Positions 50,269 to 57,626 of a stretch of DNA of 64,000 bases are shown in pieces (within the stretch, counting starts at the first letter, position 1; each line of letters begins with the position of its first letter). The translations under genes were made by a program, and so were the position numbers. The notes beneath the pieces are model-generated. The model searched no databases and was not told where the DNA came from. It was given only the letters and a program-made list of their open reading frames with translations. The stretch is from Flavobacterium sp. (GTDB lineage Bacteria > Bacteroidota > Bacteroidia > Flavobacteriales > Flavobacteriaceae). The DNA is taken from assembly GCA_040402835.1 (NCBI GenBank), contig JBBALW010000004.1, one strand, 5' to 3'.

Positions 50269-51084
50269 ATGAAATTACTAAAAATAAAGCCTTCCAAAAG
50301 TTTAAACAAAGCGTATTACAAGCAATCACTAACGCGTGAACAAATTGAACTTTTCAAAAAAGAACTGCAAAACACGTTTCATCATATTGATGAAAAGCAA
50401 GACGAAGAATACCATAAAAATGTTATTGCCGACTTGTTTAAAAACGTGTATTGCAAAGACAAATACCTTGTAAACGTTAATAAAAAAGAAGATTTAGTAA
50501 TACGTTTAGGAAACAATACAACTGATGATGTTGGTGTTTTATTAGAGTTTAAAAAACCAAAAGAAACTAGAGATATGGTTTCGGCAGAAAATGCCAATGT
50601 AAAAGCATTGCAAGAAACGGTTTTATATTATTTGCGCCAAACCGTTGATAATGATAATCATAAAATAACCAATCTTGTGGTTACCAATATCTATGAGTGG
50701 TTTGTTTTTGATGGCGTTTGGTTTGAAAAAAACATTTTTAGAAACGCTAAACTCAAAAAAGACTATTTAGCTTTCAAAACTTCGGGACACGATACTAAAT
50801 ATTTTTATGATACTATTGCGGCTAAATACCTAGCAGAATTTACAGAAGAAGTCCCTTGCACTTATTTTAATCTATTAGATTATAAAGATAAAATCACCAA
50901 CGACAATCCAAATGACGATGACGATTTAATTGACTTATACAAAATTCTTTCGCCAGAACATTTGTTAAGCAAAAAGTTTGTAAACGACAGCAATTCCTTA
51001 AATACCGATTTTTATAACGAATTACTTTATATTATTGGTCTTGAAGAAAGCAAAGACACCGCCAAAAAACCATTCGTAGAATAA
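50269..51084 (+). CDS. type IIG restriction-modification enzyme, fragment 1/3 (N-terminal PD-(D/E)xK-like nuclease region); frameshifted
   Basis: 271 aa. Candidate nuclease motif ..KEDLVIRL...VLLEFKKP. Ends in the A6 run at 51064..51069; the next frame continues ..IRRINEAERNEGSLIEN.. without a break. Confidence 0.7.
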   Translation: MKLLKIKPSKSLNKAYYKQSLTREQIELFKKELQNTFHHIDEKQDEEYHKNVIADLFKNVYCKDKYLVNVNKKEDLVIRLGNNTTDDVGVLLEFKKPKETRDMVSAENANVKALQETVLYYLRQTVDNDNHKITNLVVTNIYEWFVFDGVWFEKNIFRNAKLKKDYLAFKTSGHDTKYFYDTIAAKYLAEFTEEVPCTYFNLLDYKDKITNDNPNDDDDLIDLYKILSPEHLLSKKFVNDSNSLNTDFYNELLYIIGLEESKDTAKKPFVE

Positions 51085-51197
51085 ATGAAGCCGAACGCAA
51101 CGAAGGTTCGCTTATTGAAAACACGATTTCGAAACTTAAAACAAAAAAATATTTTGGGTATGAAAACAATGAGGCAACCGAAAATCAATATTACGAA

Positions 51198-52211
51198 GTG
51201 GCACTGGAACTGTGCATTACTTGGTTAAATAGAATTTTATTTCTTAAACTTTTAGAATCTCAATTAATAAAATACCATCGTGGCGACAAGGAAAATTATT
51301 CTTTTTTAACGAGTTCAAAAATTAAAGAATTTGATGATCTCGAAGAATTATTTTTTGAAGTCTTGGCAGAAAAAATTGCCGACAGAAAATCTTCCGTTGC
51401 AACTAAATACGCAGCCATTCCTTATCTAAACAGTTCGTTGTTTGAAATGACCGATTTGGAAAAAAACGCTTTGTCTTTGAGTAATTTAAAAGACCGATTA
51501 GAGTTTCCGGTTTATAAAAAATCAGTTTTAAAGAAAGGTACAAAAGACGCAATCAAACCTAAAACCAGTTTAAACTATCTTTTAGATTTTCTTGATGCCT
51601 ATAATTTTGCCAGCGAAAGCAATGCCAAAATTCAAGAAGAAAACAAATCTATCATTAACGCATCGGTTCTTGGATTGATATTCGAAAAAATTAACGGTTA
51701 TAAAGACGGTTCGTTTTTTACACCAGGTTTTATTACGATGTACATGTGTCGCGAAACCATTCGCAAAGCGGTTGTGGAAAAGTTCAAAACCAATTTTCCG
51801 TATTGTCAAGATATTACAGACTATGAAGAATTAAAAGACAAAATAGATTACACCAATAAAGCTCAACGACTTGAAGCTAACAAGCTCATAAACGACATAA
51901 AAATTGTAGATCCAGCCTTAGGTTCGGGACACTTTTTGGTTTCGGCACTTAATGAAATGATTGCTATTAAAAGCGATTTGCAAATTCTTTCTTATACCAA
52001 TGGCAATCGTGTTTTGGGTTACACCATAACGCTTGATAACGACGAATTGATAATTCAAAATCAGGAAACCGACAAGCTTTTTGAATACACATTAAATCAA
52101 AACAATAAAATCATACCCGACTTGCAAGATTTGCAAGAATGTTTGTTTACAGAAAAGCAAACCATTATAGAAAACTGCCTTTTTGGTGTGGATATTAACA
52201 AAAATTCGTAA
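51198..52211 (+). CDS. type IIG restriction-modification enzyme, fragment 2/3 (helical linker + start of N6-adenine methyltransferase domain)
   Basis: The frame is already open from about 51060. SAM-binding motif I-like ..IVDPALGSGHFLV.., ..LFGVDINKNS then a stop. The track start is GTG. Confidence 0.7.
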   Translation: MALELCITWLNRILFLKLLESQLIKYHRGDKENYSFLTSSKIKEFDDLEELFFEVLAEKIADRKSSVATKYAAIPYLNSSLFEMTDLEKNALSLSNLKDRLEFPVYKKSVLKKGTKDAIKPKTSLNYLLDFLDAYNFASESNAKIQEENKSIINASVLGLIFEKINGYKDGSFFTPGFITMYMCRETIRKAVVEKFKTNFPYCQDITDYEELKDKIDYTNKAQRLEANKLINDIKIVDPALGSGHFLVSALNEMIAIKSDLQILSYTNGNRVLGYTITLDNDELIIQNQETDKLFEYTLNQNNKIIPDLQDLQECLFTEKQTIIENCLFGVDINKNS

Positions 52212-53971
52212 TGATTTGCCAATTGCGTTTGTGGATTGAATTATTAAAAAATGCTTACTACGTCACTGCGAGGAACGAAGCAGTCTCAACGAAAGATTGC
52301 GTCGTTCCTCGCAATGACGGTCTTCAACTTCAAACCTTACCTAATATTGACATCAATATTAAAACTGGAAACTCATTAATCTCAAAATTTGCTATCAAAG
52401 ACAATGTTTTTGAGCGCATTACTGGTTTTCAGAAGAAATTACAAGAATACAAAAATTGGGTACATATTTATAAAAACACGAACGACAAGAAAGCCAAAAA
52501 CGTTTTAAAAAATAATTTAAAACTCTTTAAAGACGAATTTAAATTGGCCGATTTGCGGGTAACCAAGTTGCAAAACGACCTGCGAAAATTGAACGGTGAA
52601 TTTTACGATAAATACCAAACGCACCAGTTTTTTACTAGTGAATTAACTGATAAAGAACAGAAAGCCAAAGAAAAACTAGAAGCAGCAATTAACGACAAAC
52701 AAGTAGAACTACAAACCGTAAAAGACAACCCCATTTATGAAAATGCGTTTGAATGGCGGTTTGAATTTCCAGAAGTTTTAGACGATAAAGGAGGTTTTGT
52801 TGGTTTTGATGTAGTGATTGGAAATCCGCCGTATGGAGTTGCTTTAAGCAATTCTGAAAGAACAGAAATCGGTAAAGTTTTGGGTAAAGTTCCAGATTTT
52901 GAGATTTATTATTTTTTCATAAATCTATCTAAAAATTTATTGTGCAAAAACGGTTTAAAATCGTATATCATACCAAACACAATCTTATTTAATGTGTTTG
53001 CAAAAACTTTTAGAGAAACATTATTTGATAAATGGCAAATTAATTCAATTTTAGATTGTACAAATTTCCCAATTTTTGATGGCGCAACGGTGCGATGTAT
53101 TTTAACTCAATTCCAAAATAAAGCATCTTTAGATATAATAAATTATAAGCCAACTGCTGATGCTAAAACTTTTGAAGAATTAATAGAAAGAAAAACAGAA
53201 AACGTTTCTAAAAAACAATTATTAGAAAACAATCAAAATTGGGGATTGGTTTTTAAATTATTTTCTGAAACTTTAAATATTATTTCAAAATTAAAAATTA
53301 AAAAAAATACTCTTTCGTATTATTTTCCTTATTTTACACAAGGTATAATAGCTTATGATAAATATAGAGGGCAAGACGAATTTACTATTAAAAATCGTAT
53401 TTATCATTCTAATGATTCTACTTTAGGATGGAAAAAATGGCTTTGGGGTGAAGATATTAATCCATATTCAGTAAAATGGAATGCAAAAGAATTTATAAAT
53501 TATGACGCAAATATAGCCAATCCTAGAGACCCAAAGTATTTCATCGGAGAACGTATATTAATAAGAGAAATCACTAATCCTAAAATTTTTGCTGGATTTA
53601 CAAATGAAGAAAGCTACAATGACCCTTCAATTATAAATATTTTAAAAAATGAAAAAGGTGAAATAAATATTAAATCTTTGCTAGCTATCATTAACTCAAA
53701 ACTAGCAACATTTTATCATTTTAATTCATCGCCAAAAGCAACAAAAGGAGCATTTCCAAAAATATTAATAGAAGATATTAAAAACTTTCCAATTCCAAAA
53801 ATTGACAAATCAAATCAAGACAAATTAACAAATCTCGTCGACCAAATTCTAACCTTAAAAAAAGAAAATCCCAAAGCTGATACAAGTGATTTAGAAAACG
53901 AGATAGACGAATTGGTTTATCAATTGTATGCGTTAACACCAGAGGATATTGAGGTGGTGAAGGGGAGTTAA
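52211..53971 (+). CDS. type IIG restriction-modification enzyme, fragment 3/3 (methyltransferase catalytic motif + target-recognition domain)
   Basis: 586 aa. ..ICQLRLWIELLKNAYY.., catalytic VVIGNPPYGV (NPPY), long C-terminal TRD-like region. Carries an in-frame palindromic insert at 52261..52319. Confidence 0.75.
   Translation: MICQLRLWIELLKNAYYVTARNEAVSTKDCVVPRNDGLQLQTLPNIDINIKTGNSLISKFAIKDNVFERITGFQKKLQEYKNWVHIYKNTNDKKAKNVLKNNLKLFKDEFKLADLRVTKLQNDLRKLNGEFYDKYQTHQFFTSELTDKEQKAKEKLEAAINDKQVELQTVKDNPIYENAFEWRFEFPEVLDDKGGFVGFDVVIGNPPYGVALSNSERTEIGKVLGKVPDFEIYYFFINLSKNLLCKNGLKSYIIPNTILFNVFAKTFRETLFDKWQINSILDCTNFPIFDGATVRCILTQFQNKASLDIINYKPTADAKTFEELIERKTENVSKKQLLENNQNWGLVFKLFSETLNIISKLKIKKNTLSYYFPYFTQGIIAYDKYRGQDEFTIKNRIYHSNDSTLGWKKWLWGEDINPYSVKWNAKEFINYDANIANPRDPKYFIGERILIREITNPKIFAGFTNEESYNDPSIINILKNEKGEINIKSLLAIINSKLATFYHFNSSPKATKGAFPKILIEDIKNFPIPKIDKSNQDKLTNLVDQILTLKKENPKADTSDLENEIDELVYQLYALTPEDIEVVKGS
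52261..52319. repeat. palindromic (hairpin) repeat element inserted in frame in the methyltransferase
   Basis: Arms CGTCACTGCGAGGAACGAAGCAGTCT and AGATTGCGTCGTTCCTCGCAATGACG (23/26 complementary) with loop CAACGAA. Translated as ..VTARNEAVSTKDCVVPRNDG... Confidence 0.8.
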
Positions 53972-53979
53972 AACAAAAA

Positions 53980-53999
53980 AAGCCACTCGAAAGTGGCTT
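53980..53999. terminator. bidirectional terminator between the RM gene and the STAS-like gene
   Basis: AAGCCACT-cgaa-AGTGGCTT flanked by an A-run and a T-rich stretch, between convergent genes. Confidence 0.75.
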
Positions 54000-54019
54000 T
54001 AAATTTTTATTTTTAGATA

Positions 54020-54289
54020 TTACATTGCAGAAATAATAACTCGTTGTACAAAATCGTTGGTGTTTAAGAAAGCAATTTTTGATTTAAAAACATCTAACGT
54101 TACGATGTCTTTTAGTTTGCTGAAACATTCGTTTGCAAATGAGTTCGTAACTACATCAACACCCTCAAAATCTAAATATACTTTATCGTTGGTATTGATT
54201 TTTTCAATAATATCCAAACGTATTTTAGCCCCTAAATCTCGAGTACCAAGACTTGGGTTTATTTCTCTAAATAGGATTGTGTGTGTCAT
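54020..54289 (-). CDS. small STAS-like domain protein (DUF4325-type)
   Basis: 89 aa from the ATG (MTHTILFREINPSLGTRDLG...). The track gives a TTG start at 54310. ..KVYLDFEGVDVVTNSFANECF.. matches the DUF4325/STAS-like pattern (xDFxGV..x.SF.dE.F). Confidence 0.65.
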   Translation of the reverse strand: MTHTILFREINPSLGTRDLGAKIRLDIIEKINTNDKVYLDFEGVDVVTNSFANECFSKLKDIVTLDVFKSKIAFLNTNDFVQRVIISAM

Positions 54290-54307
54290 TTCGTTTATAT
54301 TATAGTG

Positions 54308-54315
54308 CAAAGTTA
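54308..54315 (-). promoter_or_regulatory. candidate Bacteroidota -7 promoter box (TAACTTTG) for the STAS-like gene
   Basis: Fits TAnnTTTG and lies 18 nt upstream of the ATG at 54289. Confidence 0.35.
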
Positions 54316-54372
54316 TTATTAAATGGTTGATAAATAACGTAATATTTTGTTATTTATTTTTATTTTTTTAAA

Positions 54373-55272
54373 TCATTCAAATAAATTTTCAAAAACCTGC
54401 TTTTTGTAATCATAAAAAGGGCTTGTAAATTCAGTGTAATCAACAGAAACATTAGTGTTTATTCTTATATATACACAAGTGCCTTGCCATCCATCAATAT
54501 TTTTTACAATGGTGCCTTTTTCACTAACATTTAGTTTTTTGTTTCCCGAAAACAAACTCAGCCAACCTTTGTTTAATCTAACAAACGATGCTGTTGCAAA
54601 TAATCCATGACCTTGTCCTTTTCCATTGGTAACGCCGCTTTCAATACATTTTGAAATCGCTTCTTCTTCGGTAAAACTAAATTTTTGATTTAATGAAGCG
54701 TGAATTCCCATTCCAAAATCACAAACAATTAATCGAATTGAATTTATGTTTTCAAAATATTGTGCTACAACCCAACCAACTTTTTCATCTGTGTGATTTA
54801 ATACATTATCCAGAATTTCATTGAAACAATAATCTAAACTTGCATAAACATTATCATCTAAAGAACTTTTTTCTTTTAGCACTTTTAAAATGCTATTTAA
54901 TACCTCTGTCTGATTTTCGGATGTGTATTTTTGTATTTGTACAGAATTATGGGGGTTAATTTTCGGAATTGAAATAGGCAATTCTACATTTAGATTTTCA
55001 AAGAAATTCATTTTTGCCAAGTAGCTAACTATTTCTGTATTAGTATCTAATTTAATTGTGCCTTTCACCTCAATTCCTAAATTCTCAATATGTTTTATTG
55101 AGCAAAGTAATAAAATAGCATAATCTGGATATATAAAGTTACAATCAGAGAAATCAATAATTATTTGGGTGTTTGGTTCGGCTTTATATTGGTTAACCAA
55201 TGCTTTACAAACAGCAATTGTTTGCGTATGTGATTTAGAAATGTCCTTAATTAATAGTGTATATGTTTGCAT
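54373..55272 (-). CDS. GHKL/HATPase_c ATP-binding protein (SpoIIAB/RsbW-like kinase fold) with N-terminal STAS-like region
   Basis: 299 aa. N-box ..CFNEILDNVLNH.., G1 ..VCDFGMGI.., G2 ..NGKGQGHGLF... The first ~100 aa (..QIIIDFSDCNFIYPDYAILLLCSI..) look like a STAS/anti-sigma-antagonist-type fold. Confidence 0.65.
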   Translation of the reverse strand: MQTYTLLIKDISKSHTQTIAVCKALVNQYKAEPNTQIIIDFSDCNFIYPDYAILLLCSIKHIENLGIEVKGTIKLDTNTEIVSYLAKMNFFENLNVELPISIPKINPHNSVQIQKYTSENQTEVLNSILKVLKEKSSLDDNVYASLDYCFNEILDNVLNHTDEKVGWVVAQYFENINSIRLIVCDFGMGIHASLNQKFSFTEEEAISKCIESGVTNGKGQGHGLFATASFVRLNKGWLSLFSGNKKLNVSEKGTIVKNIDGWQGTCVYIRINTNVSVDYTEFTSPFYDYKKQVFENLFE

Positions 55273-55289
55273 GGCATTTATTTGTTAAT

Positions 55290-55297
55290 CAAAAATA
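55290..55297 (-). promoter_or_regulatory. candidate -7 promoter box (TATTTTTG) for the GHKL-ATPase/STAS operon
   Basis: Fits TAnnTTTG and lies 17 nt upstream of the ATG at 55272. Confidence 0.35.
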
Positions 55298-55330
55298 GAC
55301 AATTAATTTAAACAATAATTTATTTGATGA

Positions 55331-55378
55331 ATTTCTTTTGAATTGGAGAAAATGCAAGTGAATTGCAAACTGAATTAA
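55331..55378 (+). pseudogene. displaced remnant of the dnaE 3' end (last ~14 codons plus stop)
   Basis: 55337..55378 reads FELEKMQVNCKLN*; the dnaE C-terminus at 50212..50253 reads FELEKMQVDFRLN*. 33/42 nt are identical and 5 of the 9 differences are synonymous. Confidence 0.8.
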
Positions 55379-55390
55379 TTCCATAAATCC

Positions 55391-55474
55391 CTAGCCCTGA
55401 TGGAAGGGAAAATCCTTTTTTATTGTGAGGCACGAACAATAACAAAGATTGGAATGACTGCAGGATAAAGCTCC
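55391..55474 (+). repeat. intergenic repeat family member (CTAGCCCTGATGGAAGGG...GCAGGATAAAGCTCC)
   Basis: Same termini as 35774..35840. Internal palindrome TTATTGT-GAGGCACGA-ACAATAA. Confidence 0.6.
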
Positions 55475-55543
55475 AAAAGAAATAAATACCGGTTAATAAA
55501 TTATCACAATACCTTTATAATCAAAACTAATTTCGGAATTGTG

Positions 55544-55571
55544 TTGGAATGGTTTTTAATTGTTAAATTTG
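55544..55571 (+). promoter_or_regulatory. candidate trxA promoter (TTG ... TAAATTTG)
   Basis: TTG at 55544..55546 and TAAATTTG at 55564..55571 (TAnnTTTG), about 33 nt upstream of the ATG. Confidence 0.4.
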
Positions 55572-55604
55572 CCGTACATAAAACTAAATTAATAAATATA
55601 AAAT

Positions 55605-55922
55605 ATGGCATTAGCAATAACAGACGCTACCTTTGATGAGGTAGTTTTGAAGTCAGACAAGCCAGTAATGGTAGATTTTTGGGCGGCATGGTGCGGACCT
55701 TGTAGAATGGTGGGGCCAATCATTGACGAAATTGGATTAGAATTTGCTGGAAAAGCAGTAGTTGGAAAAGTAGATGTTGATGCAAATCAAGAATTTGCTG
55801 CTAAATACGGCGTTAGAAATATCCCAACGGTTTTAGTATTTCACAACGGAGAAGTTGTAGGACGTCAAGTGGGTGTTGCTCCAAAGCAAACGTACGCAGA
55901 CAGTTTGAACGCTTTATTGTAA
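55605..55922 (+). CDS. trxA: thioredoxin
   Basis: 105 aa with the WCGPC active site in the canonical context (VDFWAAWCGPCRM). Confidence 0.95.
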   Translation: MALAITDATFDEVVLKSDKPVMVDFWAAWCGPCRMVGPIIDEIGLEFAGKAVVGKVDVDANQEFAAKYGVRNIPTVLVFHNGEVVGRQVGVAPKQTYADSLNALL

Positions 55923-55951
55923 CAAGTACAATTCAAATAGTATTAGATTTA

Positions 55952-55978
55952 AGGTTTGGCGAAAGTCAAGCCTTTTTA
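55952..55978 (+). terminator. rho-independent terminator of trxA
   Basis: AGGTTTGGC-gaaa-GTCAAGCCT (with G-U pairs) followed by a T-run. Confidence 0.65.
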
Positions 55979-56059
55979 TTTAAAATGAATTTTATTTCAG
56001 TTGCTATATTTCCAATCTTTTAATTTTTAAATCGTTAAATCTTTTAATACATTTGAAAG

Positions 56060-56986
56060 ATGAAAATTGATTCACAAATAGAGAAAATTTCGAGCTTTCA
56101 GCATCTGGAATTGTTGGCAAATCAGATTGTGGAAGGATTTATTTCTGGAATGCATAAAAGTCCGTTTCATGGATTTTCTGCTGAATTTGCAGAGCATAAA
56201 GTTTATAATCCTGGGGAAAGCACGAAACACATTGACTGGAAATTGTTTGCCAAAACTGACCGACTCTACACCAAAAGATACGAAGAAGAAACAAATTTAC
56301 GATGCCATTTAATTATCGATAATTCGTCGTCGATGCATTATCCAAAGTTGAAAGACGGGCAGTTGTTTTATGAAAATAAGATTGGTTTTTCAGTATTGGC
56401 GTCAGCGGTTTTGATGAATTTACTTAAGAAACAACGAGATGCCGTTGGGTTGAGCGTGTATTCTGATGAGTATGAATATTATGCGCCCGAGAAAGGAAGC
56501 GATCGCCACCACCGAATGATTTTGAATAAATTGGAATCCTTATTAGAAAAGCAAAAGAGCACGAAAAATACGGATACTGTCGCATTTTTACATCAAATTG
56601 CGGAAAAAATTCACCGTCGCTCGATGCTAGTTTTATTTACAGATATGTTTCAATCTGGAAACGAAGAAGCTTTGTTTACGGCTTTGCAGCATTTAAAACA
56701 CAACAAGCACAAAGTAGTTTTATTTCATGTATTTGATAAAAAAACAGAATTAAATTTTGATTTTGATACTGCACCCAGAAAATTCATAGATTTAGAATCG
56801 GGCGATGAGATTAATATTTTTGCCGATTCTGTAAAAGAGGTTTATGAAGCACAAGTTTCAAATTATTTTAAAAAAATAGCATTGACTTGTGCTCAGAACA
56901 AAATTAAGTATGTTCCTGTGTCTGCTGGTGCCGATTTCGAGAAAATTCTCATGACATACCTTGTTGAAAAACAAACCTTTGGATAA
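56060..56986 (+). CDS. DUF58 (vWA-like) domain protein
   Basis: 308 aa. ..GFISGMHKSPFHGFSAEFAEHKVYNPGESTKHIDWKLFAKTDRLYTKRYEEETN.. is the characteristic DUF58 core. Confidence 0.85.
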   Translation: MKIDSQIEKISSFQHLELLANQIVEGFISGMHKSPFHGFSAEFAEHKVYNPGESTKHIDWKLFAKTDRLYTKRYEEETNLRCHLIIDNSSSMHYPKLKDGQLFYENKIGFSVLASAVLMNLLKKQRDAVGLSVYSDEYEYYAPEKGSDRHHRMILNKLESLLEKQKSTKNTDTVAFLHQIAEKIHRRSMLVLFTDMFQSGNEEALFTALQHLKHNKHKVVLFHVFDKKTELNFDFDTAPRKFIDLESGDEINIFADSVKEVYEAQVSNYFKKIALTCAQNKIKYVPVSAGADFEKILMTYLVEKQTFG

Positions 56987-57024
56987 TACAGTTTTAGTTT
57001 ATTGAAATTTTTATCAAAAAACAC

Positions 57025-57054
57025 TTGCGAGAGTCGAAATAGATTGTATATTTG
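57025..57054 (+). promoter_or_regulatory. candidate tRNA-Asp promoter (TTG-N19-TATATTTG)
   Basis: TTG at 57025..57027 and TATATTTG at 57047..57054, about 60 nt upstream of the tRNA. Confidence 0.4.
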
Positions 57055-57116
57055 CACTCGCTAATAAAGTTTTCTAGTACTCTAGAAAATCAACTTTAGC
57101 GAAACAATAAAGCGCT

Positions 57117-57190
57117 GGTTTGGTAGTTCAGTTGGTTAGAATACATGCCTGTCACGCATGGGGTCGCGGGTTCGAGTCCCGTCCAGACCG
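57117..57190 (+). tRNA. tRNA-Asp (anticodon GTC)
   Basis: Acceptor stem GGTTTGG/CCAGACC, anticodon stem-loop CATGC-CTGTCAC-GCATG, T-arm GCGGGTTCGAGTCCCGT. No encoded CCA. Confidence 0.93.
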
Positions 57191-57217
57191 CTTGTTCCGA
57201 TAGCTATCGGAAGGGAG

Positions 57218-57245
57218 AAGCACTTCAGAAATGAAGTGCTTTTTT
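57218..57245 (+). terminator. rho-independent terminator after tRNA-Asp
   Basis: AAGCACTTCA-gaaa-TGAAGTGCTT followed by a T-run. Confidence 0.8.
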
Positions 57246-57303
57246 GCCCCAAAAAAGGTTTTTAAGACTGTTGTGTTGTTTTGCTACGACTTTGTAACTC
57301 GTA

Positions 57304-57370
57304 GCCGGTTTAGTAGTTAGACCAATGAAAAGCTTTCTCGTTTTATAACGAGATGGCTTTTTTGATTTAT
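57304..57370 (+). repeat. left flanking repeat of the GIY-YIG gene
   Basis: Blocks GCCGGTTTAGTAGT, ATGAAAAGCTTTC, a small hairpin, and GCTTTTTTGATTTATA. The same blocks recur at 57627..57724. Confidence 0.7.
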
Positions 57371-57381
57371 ACCTAAAAAAT

Positions 57382-57621
57382 ATGTTTTATATTTATATAT
57401 TATTCTCAAAATCTAGCAATATATATTATAAAGGGTTTACAGAGAATTTAAAAAAAAGAGTGGAAAATCATCTTGCGGGACGAAGTAAATATACTTCAAC
57501 CAAAAATGATTGGGTACTAGTTTATTCTAAAGAATTCGAAATTAAAAAAGAAGCTTTAATAGAAGAGAAAAGATTAAAAAAACTAAACAGAGCTTCCCTT
57601 GAGAAATTAATTTACAATTAA
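57382..57621 (+). CDS. small GIY-YIG nuclease-family protein
   Basis: 79 aa. FYIYILFS..SNIYYKGFTENLKKRVENH.. carries the GIY...YIG/R/E core. Confidence 0.85.
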   Translation: MFYIYILFSKSSNIYYKGFTENLKKRVENHLAGRSKYTSTKNDWVLVYSKEFEIKKEALIEEKRLKKLNRASLEKLIYN

Positions 57622-57626
57622 TTATT

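Noticed and set aside
50269-53971. BREX PglX-type methyltransferase as an alternative reading of the large NPPY enzyme
   Set aside because: No other BREX genes (brxA/B/C, pglZ, brxL) are in the islet. The N-terminal D...ExK-like region fits a single-polypeptide type IIG enzyme better. This cannot be fully excluded without a profile search.
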